Below, piece by piece: positions 35,139 to 46,326 of a stretch of DNA of 64,000 nucleotides. The position numbers were made by a program, and so were the translations under genes. Position 1 is the stretch's first letter, and each line of letters starts with the position of its first letter. Location of the stretch: positions 1,044,722-1,108,721 of the forward strand of contig NW_003314270.1 in the NCBI RefSeq assembly GCF_000143415.4. The letters run 5' to 3'. The notes below the pieces were generated by a model. The model was not told where the DNA came from and searched no databases. It saw only the letters and a program-made list of their open reading frames with translations. This stretch comes from Selaginella moellendorffii. Lineage: Eukaryota; Plantae; Lycopodiophyta.

Positions 35139-38070
35139 TGCTGTAAGCTATACGAGCAGCAACTTAGCTCCCTGGAAACCGGCGGTGAAGAGAGAATTGA
35201 AAGCTCTTGTTCGTGCTGGCAGGACCAGCCACTGCTCTGCTTCCTGCTGCCACTCCAATTCCCAGGACACCTCAGGACGCCTCTCAAAGCCGGAGCATAA
35301 TAAAGGAGAACAGCGCGGACTTGTCTTTCACATCCCACAGGCCGATCGGTGGAAAATCCCAAGGAGAGTTAAAGTTGAGGCTCTCTCCCTCGCTCCCTTG
35401 GGACCGTGTGCTGCCTGTTGGTGCCGGGAGGAATTGATAGCTAGAACCCGAGACGAGGAGGATCCGAAAACCAAAGCTTGCTTTTGCGTGCGTGACCGAC
35501 GAGTGCGAAACGAGTGAAAGGCCCAAAGAAACCACTTGGAGTTGTCGTCGCCACACCTTTCCCTTCACATGCCGAACACCAACTCCCACCAGTGTCACCG
35601 AATATTTTTAGATATCCACCTTGATGAGAGCCTCTTCTCAAAACACCGAGGAACAAGGAAGCTCGAGCGTTGCCTCTGTGCGTTCCCTGTCCTGCCTTTT
35701 CTTCCCTCCCTATTTATCTGGCCCCCATCCCACGCGAATGCGCAGAAACTCCAACTTTCGAGGCCGAAAGAGAGGAATCCAACTTCCGAAAAAACAAGCG
35801 GACCGGCGGCCACCACCTCTTCACCTTCCGGTTTCCTTCTTCCTGTTGTGCCTTCCGACTCCTTCCCTGTTGTCGTCCCCTTGCTCAAACTTCTAGTGCC
35901 GGCGAGGAGAGAGGCTTCGTCGCACACGTCCAAGCAGCAACAGCACCCCCGGCGCTATTCATTTTTGGTGCCTTTCAAGCTCATTGCCGGCAGCCAGCCC
36001 AACAGCAGTGCGAGCATCAACTTCCATGCACCTATGTCGCTTGGTCCCACGCTGAGAGGGAGAGAGAAAATATCACAGGGAGCCCCAAAAGGAGACAGAG
36101 GAGCCCCACATTTGAATAGAGCGACCAGAGATCTTCCCCCTACTGCCTCGTTTTCCTGGTGGAGAAAACTGTCCAGCCCCTTCTTGCCTCTTCCAACTTC
36201 TATACTATCTATCCGCCAATATATATAGATCCGTCCTCTCGTTGGTCAGCTGCGAGCAACAGTAGCAGCAGCAGCAGTAGCTTGTGACAGTCGTATGCCC
36301 CCCCGCTCTGAAGTGAAAGATTTCCAGCTTCGCGAGCTGTTTCCCGCTGAGCTGCTGCTGCTTCTGACTTCCGGTGATCAGGCCACTGGAACAAGTCTGT
36401 CACACAAATAACGCGTATTAGAAAACTGCCACCCCTTGAAAACTATAATTTGGAGAGGGATAGAAAAAAGAGTGAGAGCAGCAAACAAATCTTCTTTTAT
36501 GGTATCTTACCTTTGCTTTGCTGCCCTCTCATTCATGTCATGCCATGCCGCCCCACATGTTTACCGCTCGTCACCTTTGTTTCTTCGTATTATTGGGGAC
36601 TCATTCCGCACCGCAATCGCCTTTGCCTCCTCTGTGGGCCACCTCCTCCTCGCTGCCTGATGTTTGCCAGTGTTTCTAGCTGACGAGTCTAGATCACAAG
36701 GTCAAATCCATAAACGCTGCAGCGCAAATATCAGTCCAGCGTTTTAAGAAAAAATGGAAATATCGTAGAATACCTGACTAGAAGAATGAGCAGATTTGGA
36801 GCATACGGTCATCTTGCAGGGCGGAAAGCTGCGAGTGATAGCGCTAGTCTGGTCGTACGGACAGACGATCCTGAACGTACAGGAGAGCCAATCTTACTTC
36901 TTTTTCTTTTTTTTCTTCCAAAAAAGAAGTGCTTGCTTTCCCCGAATCCTTGCCGATGACAGTCGGTGGCTCCCCACGTCCCGTCTGCAACATGTGCTAC
37001 TCCCCCCCGATACGCATCGGCTGCAAAACACGAACTTGAATATTTAGAGGTAACATGTCAAGTTTTACGAAAGCATAAACAAAAGACTTGCCTTGGCGCT
37101 GTTTCACGATGAAAACTTTCTCGAAAACCATGCGTGGGGGTCTTGCAGGGTTCAAAGCTCGCAGCTTCACGTACTTCTTTGCTCGCTCTCTTGTTCTCAT
37201 TATACCATGTCACGTTGTCGGCTCAAATGGAAGCCCGCCTTGTCGCCTTTCGCGTCGAAATCTCTTATCTTTCTCCGCCGAGGCGATGGCTGCTGACCAC
37301 TGAGCGCATCGTGTCTCTGTCTACAGCGCAAGTCTTCAAGTTTTTTTAATGCATTTGACCTTTCCAACGTATCACTCAGCTTTGCGCGCAGCTGTCTCCT
37401 CCACACCATTTCTTTTATGCTCCTGCTGAACTTGCAAGCAAACAACCGGAATTACTTAACGTTGCCCAAGCAGATTTCGTGATTACCAGCAGCGAGATTT
37501 GATTCAACAGCACGTGCTTAGCTGTCCACGCTTGATCCGAGAGAGCCGTGCATGGATCGTTCCTTCCGTGGTATACTCTGCATCAGATCAGTAGCCACTT
37601 GAGACGAGTTCAACCGAAAGAATACACCAAACTGGAAAACAACAATAAACAGCAGACCTGGATCCGAAGTTGACGGCGTGTTTTCCAAGTCTTGGAAGGT
37701 TTGCGCTGTGACAGCGAGCACATGCACTACAGGACAAGCGTCGGAAACGAGCACTGTTGCAGGATGGATCACTTTGCGGCAGGCAAATCGACGCCTTGAA
37801 AACGAGAAAACGACACGAGCGAGTTGAGCGAGTTGGGAGTCAAAGGCAGAAAGGGATAAAACATTTCCTTCCAGAAATCTATAAGACTTTCCAAGTACGC
37901 ATAATTCCAAAACCCCTGAAACAAAGCTTACGCGAGTGTGTACCAGCCATTCCTACAGAAACAAGCAGCGTTAGTGCCTGTTTACCAATAATAAAACTAA
38001 GTAGCTTACCATCCCTGCGGTAACACGAGGTACTTCTAGAGGGAGATAGACCGCTGAAGCAAACCGTGCA

Positions 38071-39656
38071 TCAACGCCGGAATAAGCCGGAGTTTTGCAG
38101 CAGTTTACCATAATCCGAAATGACAGGCGACTTCTTTACTAGGTCCCAGACTCGAGAAGCATTTCTCAGCCAGTCTCGCTCGTTCAGTGGTTTCGGAAAT
38201 GATCGTCGCGGCATGGACAAAATCTATCGAATTAAATGTTAGAGACAGGAAAACAGTCACGGGCCATTACCTGATCTCGAAGTTGTCGCAACATCAGCGA
38301 GGAACTTTTGAACTTCTTTGAACTCTCGTCCTGTGCTCGAGGGAGCACAAAAACATTCGTAGTTTCCATTCTAAGCGCGTTGTCAGTATTTTCCGTGGCT
38401 TCAGTTTGAGGAAGGCCATTCTTTCTGAAACTTGACTTGAAATACTCAGAAAGAGCAGCCTTGAATTTTTCAATGCTGTTAAAGTCAAGATCACTCTCCC
38501 GCAATCTACAAAAAACAAATAGACCAAGTACATCACACTGATAATAATAAAAATATATATACTTGGTATGTACGAAGATTGTGTCAGCAAAGAACTCAGA
38601 GTTAGTTTCTTGCGGAATGTCCTCGGTTGAGGTTGATAATTGTCCTCCAGAACCTACAGTGGATGGATCAGGAATACCCTGTCTCAGCATTTCAATCTGT
38701 CACGAGTATTGCAGTAAGATATCAAGGTGCACTCCAATCAAATACAATTCACCGTTTGCAGCATCTTCCAAAGAGTCGTATCGTTTTTTCCGTCCGTAAC
38801 GAGTAGAACCACATGACAAACCGCCGTTAAAAACACGCCTAGCTGCAGTAACCACAACTAGCTTCAGAACATCGAGAGAAACACTATGTAATACCTGCAG
38901 TCCCATCAACTCGTAAGCAAGTTCTCCGGATATAGATTCTCCGCTAAGTAGTTGGAGACTGGAAGAGCCATCAGGGAGCGTTAGATCCATCAGTACGCTA
39001 GAACTATATATTGGCTGGAAAACCAAGTTATAAAAACGAACGCCATTTCCTTGCAACAATAGAACTAAATGGCAACGAACCTGTGTGTCGAGAAGAATGA
39101 GCCTTTCTGATGAAACTCTAAGTTCCATACCAGTAGAGCAATGTCTTGCTTGTGCTCGTGTCTCCTCTGTTTGAACTGGAAACGGTGGAAGCACCCCTGC
39201 GAAATACAAAGAATGTAGGAAAATGATATCCATATGACAAAATGTGAAATCGATGTACCTGACGCTACCGAGTCGAATCCATAGAGCTCATTCAAAATGG
39301 TCGATTTTCCTACTCCAGGAAGTCCCAGAACTCCAACGACAGTAAAATCGGTGTTATCGGACATCAACTACATATTGCGTAGCGTCAAATCTGTCTAGCA
39401 TTTGCGGAGTTCTCCGCAAGAGATGATTACTTACAGGGAGGAGACGATCGGCCGAAAATTCCCAAGCATCCGTGATGAGATTGAGCGATCCCTGATACAA
39501 TCTCGACCTGGCGGCGCTCTCCTCGTCGCGCATTAGCTTCACAACGCCGGAGGGAACGCCGCTGGCGCCAGCGCCACCGCCAGAGGGATGCGCCGCCGGC
39601 TTTGCCAGAAGAATCTTTGGCCATGCTCCTCCTCCAGGCGGCCCGCTGCTGCCCAT
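38071..39656 (-). CDS. SMG9: Nonsense-mediated decay factor SMG9 (multi-exon)
   Basis: PKILLAKP N-terminus. DFTVVGVLGLPGVGKSTILNELYG (P-loop), RHCSTG...ERLILLDTQPIYSSSVL, and C-terminal ERDWLRNASRVWDLVKKSPVI..Y..LLQNSGLFRR*. Confidence 0.9.
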
Positions 39657-39862
39657 TCAAACCAAGCCCTCACATAAACCCTAAAATGTTGGGAGAGTGA
39701 CGTGGCCAATAACGATACGGCCACGTGGACAACACGCAAGTAAACGTGGTAAGCCACGTGGAAGCTGGGAAATTGTTACACGTCATCCATGATTTTACAC
39801 AAATTTGCTCTGCTCCGAGCCGAGCTTGAGCGATCGAGGAGAAACGAAAGAGAAAGAAATTT

Positions 39863-40525
39863 CTAGAAGCCAGATTCTTGGATCGTCGCGAGCTTGGGCC
39901 TCCATGATACGCTCCGCGAGATTAATCTCATCTGAAGAGCCATTTGGAGCTCGGGATTGTCGTCCTCAATGGCCGCCGCGGCAGCGAATTTCTTCTCTTG
40001 ATCCCCTCCGTGTTCTTGTTTTTGGAGCTCGTTGCGGAGGATTTGCGCGACCATGTCCGCCGAGACTGTCACCTGCGTGATCGATCCTTTTTGCCTCAAC
40101 CGGAACGCGTGGAGCAGCGCGTTCTTGCGCGGATTGCTGCTGGAGCTCTTGGACAAGGAATTATCGGAGGAGCACCGCTGGAGGGATCGTAGTGGCGATT
40201 TGCAGTTGAATCCGGCCTTGGAGCGGAGGTAGTAGATCTCGCCGCTCTCCAGATGCGTGTCCGCAGTGAGTGGCTTGTCGTGATCGAAGCTCCGGGCCTC
40301 GCCGCCGCTGGCACATTCATGCTGATCATCCAATGCGGCAGGATTACTCACGTGACACACGAAGTGGAGCGGATGATCCAGCATGAGCTCTGCCACTGTC
40401 ACGGGGGACGTGATGTCCTGGATCGTCCCGTCGGTGAGAACCAGCCTTGCGAAAGAACACGGCTTTCCGCTGAGCGCCGATGTGGAGACTCTGGCCGGCG
40501 CTCCACACACCAAGTAATTTCCCAT
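39863..40525 (-). CDS. PADRE/DUF4228 family protein, intronless
   Basis: MGN..C N-terminus, PVTVAELMLDHP.HFVC, L.AD..L..G.IYYL, and C-terminal SWRPKLATIQE. Confidence 0.9.
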   Translation of the reverse strand: MGNYLVCGAPARVSTSALSGKPCSFARLVLTDGTIQDITSPVTVAELMLDHPLHFVCHVSNPAALDDQHECASGGEARSFDHDKPLTADTHLESGEIYYLRSKAGFNCKSPLRSLQRCSSDNSLSKSSSSNPRKNALLHAFRLRQKGSITQVTVSADMVAQILRNELQKQEHGGDQEKKFAAAAAIEDDNPELQMALQMRLISRSVSWRPKLATIQESGF

Positions 40526-41989
40526 TCCCGAGCAAGAATCGCCGAAGGATCAGAGATTTCGAGGAGAAACCGTCGCACTACCGATGAAATCGATCGATCG
40601 ACTCGATCCACTGGAAAACTGTGAGAAATCCCCGAGTCAAGATGGGACTGGCCTAATCTAGCGCTGCGCGGGCGCCGTCTGGATTGGATCCCTAGCCTGT
40701 GTCGCCAAGAATCTTTATCCAGGAGAGAACTCCCTCCCAAGAGCCCTAAAATATAAAAGGGAGAACTTTACTCGTGTTCGTCGTTTTTTTTTTTTTGACA
40801 GTGTCAGGAGTACACACGCGTATGCGTGTTGGTTTGAAGGAGCCGGGTGGACGTTACGGCGGAATCGCGTGCATCCTCGCCGTCCATCATCAACGGCCAC
40901 GCTGCCCACGCGGATTCCGGAAAAACGCTACGCTTTCTTGCGCCACGGCGATCGCTTTCGTTGAATGCAAGGGTGGATTTTATGGTTGGTCGAAAGATGG
41001 CGATCTCTTTTTTATGGTTTTGTTGTTTGCGACTCATGCACTACTTGAGGCACGCGAGGTTTTTCTCCACATAAAGAAAAGCTCCACTCTTTATGGCATG
41101 GAAGAGCTTTGCGTACATACGAGTATAATACGAGAACTCAAACGCGTACTTGGAAAAGTCGTCCAAGTAATTACGTCAGGAAGTAGATTCGCCATTTTTT
41201 TGGAGTAGAATTGATTGGATCGCTAGCTGCAAGCAATAGCCAAGAGGAAGTTATCAAACAATGTCACGATCTTTCAAAGAGAGAGAACTTTCAATGAATG
41301 GATCGAAGTATCAAAACCAGTGTGATGAGATCACGAAGTTTGGTGATCGGTGATGTTCGCGCATTTTTCTTTGCGAGACAGCAACTTTCCATCTGAGATC
41401 GCGATTCCTTCTTTTACTTTTTCGTTGCTTTTCTCGACTGCTACGATCATTCAGCTGCGTTAGAACAGTTGCACAACGTTGCACGTACCAAACACTTGAT
41501 GCTTCTTGTTGGCTGGGCGATTCTCGCGGCGTTGAAATCGTTCACCCCGTACCAGACATGAATGAAGCGTCACTGCCTTCCAAGAGTAAACTCGACGAGA
41601 TTGTAAGAGACAAAAGCCACTACACTAAGAAAAAACAAAGGCGCTAACTAAACAATGCACAGGCACAGCACATAACTGATGTGTGAGCGAGCGAGAAGAG
41701 TCATGTGCTACCATTCAAACCGAAATAAAAGTTGCAAGCTGGAAGTCCAGTTCACGAAAATCGATGACAAAAGTAAAGAGGACGATCTGGTACCTATGTA
41801 GTGTTTGAACATTCCTGTTTGTTGGATTGCTTTTGGCGAGAGATTTTTCCTTCACTTTCTTCAGCCTGCACGAAAAAAAGAAAAGCCTGCTTAGAAATGT
41901 TGAAGAACACTATGGAAAGAGCCAGCCAATGCACATAAATATCTTTGCGGCGGAAAGAAAAGTTGGACAGCTTACCTGGCGCCGGAGCT

Positions 41990-43576
41990 TCAAGCTTTGC
42001 GAAGAAAAGCCACAGTGCTAACCCGACTTCCCTCCACGCCAGCGAAGCGAAATGTTGGGTAGCTACGAATGTGATCCATGTATTCAAACTTGAAATCGTC
42101 TGCAGCGTTTGTTGCCTCGTTGACTAGCTCGTCTTTAGTCTTGTTACAGGATGTGACAACCTGGTTTCCAACAACAGAGAAGTTCTTAGTACCACCAAAA
42201 AGAATAAATCTCGACTTGCCAGAATACCACCCGGAGCTACCAGCTGAGAAATGGACTTCCAGTACAAGAGCCTTCAAAAAAGAGAACGAAAACATCAAAC
42301 TCGAAGGTCCAATAACTTTTTCTTTGTCTTTTTTCGTTCAAACCTCCGAGATTGTCCTTCTGGATGAAGTCCTATAGCATCGAGCGTCCCTTTGTCCGTA
42401 ACGAGTCTGTATTGTTCTTTGAGATTGGTTTCAAGTAAGTCGTCCACCTGCATACAAAGTGCTGTAAAAAACTCTAGTCATGAAATGTCCATACCAGGAA
42501 CTTAATGTCTGCAAGGCCATTTCGCTGGGCGATTGCTATTGCCAGTTCTATGGCCCCTTCGCTATAATCAATTCCCGTTAAATCTGTAAAGCTGGAGCAA
42601 TCAAATCAGGAACGCGCTAAAAGACATAACCATTTCTCACCCGAGCCTATAAAATGCATGAAGGAACACACCATTTCCAGTTCCAACATCCAGAACGCTC
42701 CAGCCTGTTAAATCAGAAGGTGCGGGCAAAGGACCATCAGCGGGATTGAATGGAGTGCCGGTGGACGTGGCAGCACAAAGCCTCGCGGTCCATCTTGCGA
42801 CTGTGTCCGTGACAGACTCTCCAAACCTGAAATAGATGTATATGACACCAGAATAACGAGGCAAAACACAGTGGAACTCACCATATCTCGCCTCTATCTC
42901 CATGAGCGTAGAAATTGTTGAGCTCGTCAGCGTACGTGCTGTTCCAATGGCTTTGCAATCCTAGAACAGATTGAAGGCTTTCCTCTTCGTCCTTGCATGA
43001 GCTGCCAGTTATAAAAAGAGAGAAAAATGTTAAAGAATCCCACAGTCAAAGCAACTAGAATTCAATGCCCGTTGGAACTCAAGTCAGTATGAGAAAAGAC
43101 CATTTCAGGCAACGCTCCCGTCAAAAACAAAAAAAAAAAAAAAAAAAAAAGAAACGTTCGCAAATACGAGAAGAAAAACCATGAGGTCGCATTGCCGCAA
43201 AGAAAAAGTGCTCACAAGGGAAACTAAAGAATGCAATGGCACCAAAGAAGCAAACTCTAGGAAAGGAAATAAGTGATAGAACAGGCAAATGGAAAAGTAA
43301 ACCAGTAAAAGCAATGCGTGATGTTTAGAATAATTCGATGCTCTACACAACAGGCAAGGACACACAGCAACCCAATGCTGGAAGCGCGTATTGATCGATC
43401 GAGCCATACCTGTAAGAATCTTGCGCTCCCGTTGTCTCGATGACCGACTCGGCCTGGCGAACAAGCTCGTCCGCGTCGAGGACGCTGCCATATTCGCTCC
43501 TCACGGACCAGGAATCGGCAGCGACGGAGGAGAGATCGTCATCGGAGGCCTGGAAAGCTCCGTCGGGTAGCTCCAT
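41990..43576 (-). CDS. EFM4: eEF1A lysine N-methyltransferase (EFM4/METTL10 family), multi-exon
   Basis: ADSWSVRSEYGS, LGLQSHW...Y..EL.NF..HGD.GEIWFGE, VLDVGTGNG, LTGIDYS, DKGTLDAI, APGGILVVTSCN.TKDEL, YPTFRFAGVEGSRVSTVAF. Confidence 0.9.
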
Positions 43577-43618
43577 TTGAAGAACCCTAAAATCCGGGGT
43601 TTAAGCGAGAGAGATATT

Positions 43619-44764
43619 ATGGCGCAATGCGGCTTCCTCTTCGAGGCGTGCGTGGATTCGCTGTTCTCTGCGATTCAAGCCGAGAAAGGTATGGTAATCT
43701 CTCCTCTCGATCACTCGGCTGGCGCTAGGCCAATGCTGGATCATGATCATGAATGGGGATCGTTTCATTTCTTAGGTGGAGCTGGACGATTGGAGCTTTG
43801 CGCTGCTCTATCGCAAGGGGGAATTACTCCCAGCTATGGAAGTAAAATTGTTCTAAGAATTATTTCTTCTTCTTGTGTTCTAATTGTCGATCCATGGAAA
43901 CAGTGATCAAAGCTGTTCTCGATCGTGTTCGCATTCCTGTCCATGTCTTGATACGACCTCGAGCTGGGGATTTTTGCTACACTGAGGATGAAATAGACGT
44001 AAGTCCAGCGTACAGACTTTGGAACTTTAATTCCTTTTTGTGTTCTTCGTGCACAGGTGATCTGCGAAGACATTCATATGGCTGGAAACTTGAAAGTTCA
44101 TGGCATTGCTTTCGGTGCGCTCACTCCCGATGGTGATATTGATTTGCAAGTGGTATTGTGATAGTTACTTCGTGTTTATCGAAACTTCTTTGGTTTTTGT
44201 AGATGACGCGGATCATCAGCCTTTGCAAAAGATACGAACTCTCCATGACATTTCACCGTGCGTTTGATGCGACGAGAAACGCTGAGAAGTCTCTCCAGGT
44301 AACTTCATGCTTTGTAGTTAAGTGGCTAACGTTTTTCTTTAACACTTGAAAGACATTGCTGGAGCTCGGTGTGCCGAGAGTTCTTACATCCGGACAAAGA
44401 GAAACCGTGACGGAAGGATTGCCTCTATTGAAAGTGCTCGTAGAAAATTCCATGCAGCGGATTTCTATCATGCCTGGAGGTTTTCTCTCTCCTGTTCTGT
44501 TTTTCTTCTTTCTTCGCATATTAAACTTGTGTCCTGCAAGCAGGAGGTATCACCGAAGACAATGCAGCACGCATCGTCAGCGCACTTGACGTCGCTGAGC
44601 TCCACGGTTCTGCTCGTTCTGCTTCTGACTTTGGCCAGAGTTTTGTAAACGAAACAATCACACTCGCAATGCTTGGGACCGCCCCTCTCATGGTAACAGA
44701 CTGTGAGAAAGTGACAGCCATTGTTCAGGCATGTAAAGAAGCAAGGCACATACCTCCCGCCTAA
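43619..44764 (+). CDS. CUTC: Copper homeostasis protein CutC homolog, multi-exon
   Basis: [60 protein letters not shown]...ELHGS. Confidence 0.92.
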
Positions 44765-45144
44765 GAAAGGTTCGTAGCTTGTAGCATTTTGTTTCCATCG
44801 TTTGTTTTATTTGCTTGTTTTGCTTCTTATAGATACAGGAATGATCTTCACACTGAAGGAAGGGGCACGTAGTAACGCGAGTGATATGGTTTTAGTTTTA
44901 GTGCATAATCAATTATCTGCGTGTGCCTCTGATACAGGAACGTATTCAATCAAATATTGTTCTTTAGTTACCGCCTCCTTGATTGGATCTACTTCAAGTG
45001 GGAGATTTTGACTTGCGATTCCGAATCTTTTAAGGTAGGCCTTAACTCTAAACATAGTTCTTTGTCTGAGTTTCAAGATTTCTTGCCAGAATTCTCGCAA
45101 CATTGGATCCAGGTAAAAGAATTGAGTGGAAGTCTTGAAGCACC

Positions 45145-45881
45145 ATGACAACCTCCGCTGTAAAGAACAAAAGCTCTAGAGATTCAGCTCCGGTTTCTAG
45201 TTTCCAGGACAAACTCGCGCAGCTACATACCTACAGGGCTGCGAGCAAAAGCTCTCCGAGTCCATTTTCCATTTCGAAGGCGAAGAGCTCTCCAGAGTCT
45301 CCTCAAAGATCCTCTCCAAAGGCCATCTCCTCGCCATCAAGAGGACTGCTTGCTGCTCTTTCAAGTAAAAACCGAGTAAGTTTTGTTCTTCTTCGTTTTT
45401 ACCTTGACAAAAATGCTGTTGTTTCGATTGTTTTGAAGGTTGGCAAAGCAGAAAGCAAGATTTTGGTAACAATCACGATTCTCGGTTCTTCAGGGCCTTT
45501 GCGATCGATCGCGGACATTAACACCACAGTGGAACAGGTCGTAGAAACGGCGCTGCGTGCGTACGCGGCACAGGGGAGGCTTCCTGTTCTTGGAAGCAAC
45601 GCAAAGCTCTTTGACCTCTATTGCAACGATGGGGAATTCACAGGCAAGTTTTTCATTTTCCTTTGTTGTTCTTTCTAGAGCTTCGGCTTTTTTATGCGAA
45701 GTGCTAAGTCTCCACTGTTTCTATTCCAGCGTTGAAACCAAGCCAAAGACTGGGAGCTTTGTCTTGCCGGCATTTTCTACTCCACAAGACGAATCAATGC
45801 GATCAGGACGAAAACTGCGAGTTAGAGGCCTGGAAGATGAGGTGTTGGTGTTCCTCGAAACATCACCTCCTTCGAATTTAA
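45145..45881 (+). CDS. Small plant protein with ubiquitin-like DUF7054-type domain
   Basis: KILVTITILGSSGPLR...VVETALRAYAAQGRLPVLG....FDLYC, spliced to ALKPSQRLG...RHFLLHK. The N-terminus is Ser-rich. Confidence 0.75.
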
Positions 45882-46018
45882 TCCAGGTACTTGTGTTACA
45901 TTCTTATAATCGTCGCTTCTCCCATTCTCGATGTTGATCCAGGCACTGGTATTGTAACTTACATTCTTATAAGTATCTCTTCTCACAGGGCCATTCTCCA
46001 TTTTAATCCAGGTACCAA
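45878..46018. repeat. Two and a bit diverged ~57-70 bp tandem units
   Basis: ATCCAGG...TTACATTCTTATAA...CCATTCTC is repeated, with a third ATCCAGGTAC at ~46007. Confidence 0.7.
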
Positions 46019-46122
46019 GGGACCATGAAAAAATCTTACATTTGTTAAAGCAATGCTATAGTTCTACAGTTTAAAACAATGCAGTGTTCTATGTTTAAGA
46101 GCTCTCTAGGGTTTTTCATTTA

Positions 46123-46131
46123 GGCGGGAAA
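46123..46131 (-). promoter_or_regulatory. E2F binding site upstream of FANCJ, next to a telo-box-like motif
   Basis: TTTCCCGCC on the minus strand, with TAGGGTTT at ~46107-46114, about 200 nt before the ATG. Confidence 0.6.
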
Positions 46132-46326
46132 TTTGCTCCATTCGAACAAGGCAATGGCGGCGGTGCGGGCTTCATCGATCTCGATGGTTGATGCTGCTGT
46201 TTCGTCATCGATCTAAGGCGCTAGGCTCAGGTTTGGATCATAATGCCTGTGTCTTTGGATTGACAGTAGGGATTTTGAAAGAAATGCCACTCAATCCGAA
46301 GAACAGCACCGATTTTCTTCCCCAAA

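Noticed and set aside
34608-35300. 230-aa plus-strand ORF
   Set aside because: Antisense shadow of the methylesterase exons.
35135-36228. Overlapping uORF of MES and the 230-aa plus-strand ORF
   Set aside because: TTG starts and no homology cues; probably chance ORFs in GC-rich intergenic DNA.
36460-36545. miR156/529/535-like sequence
   Set aside because: Too many mismatches to the known mature sequences.
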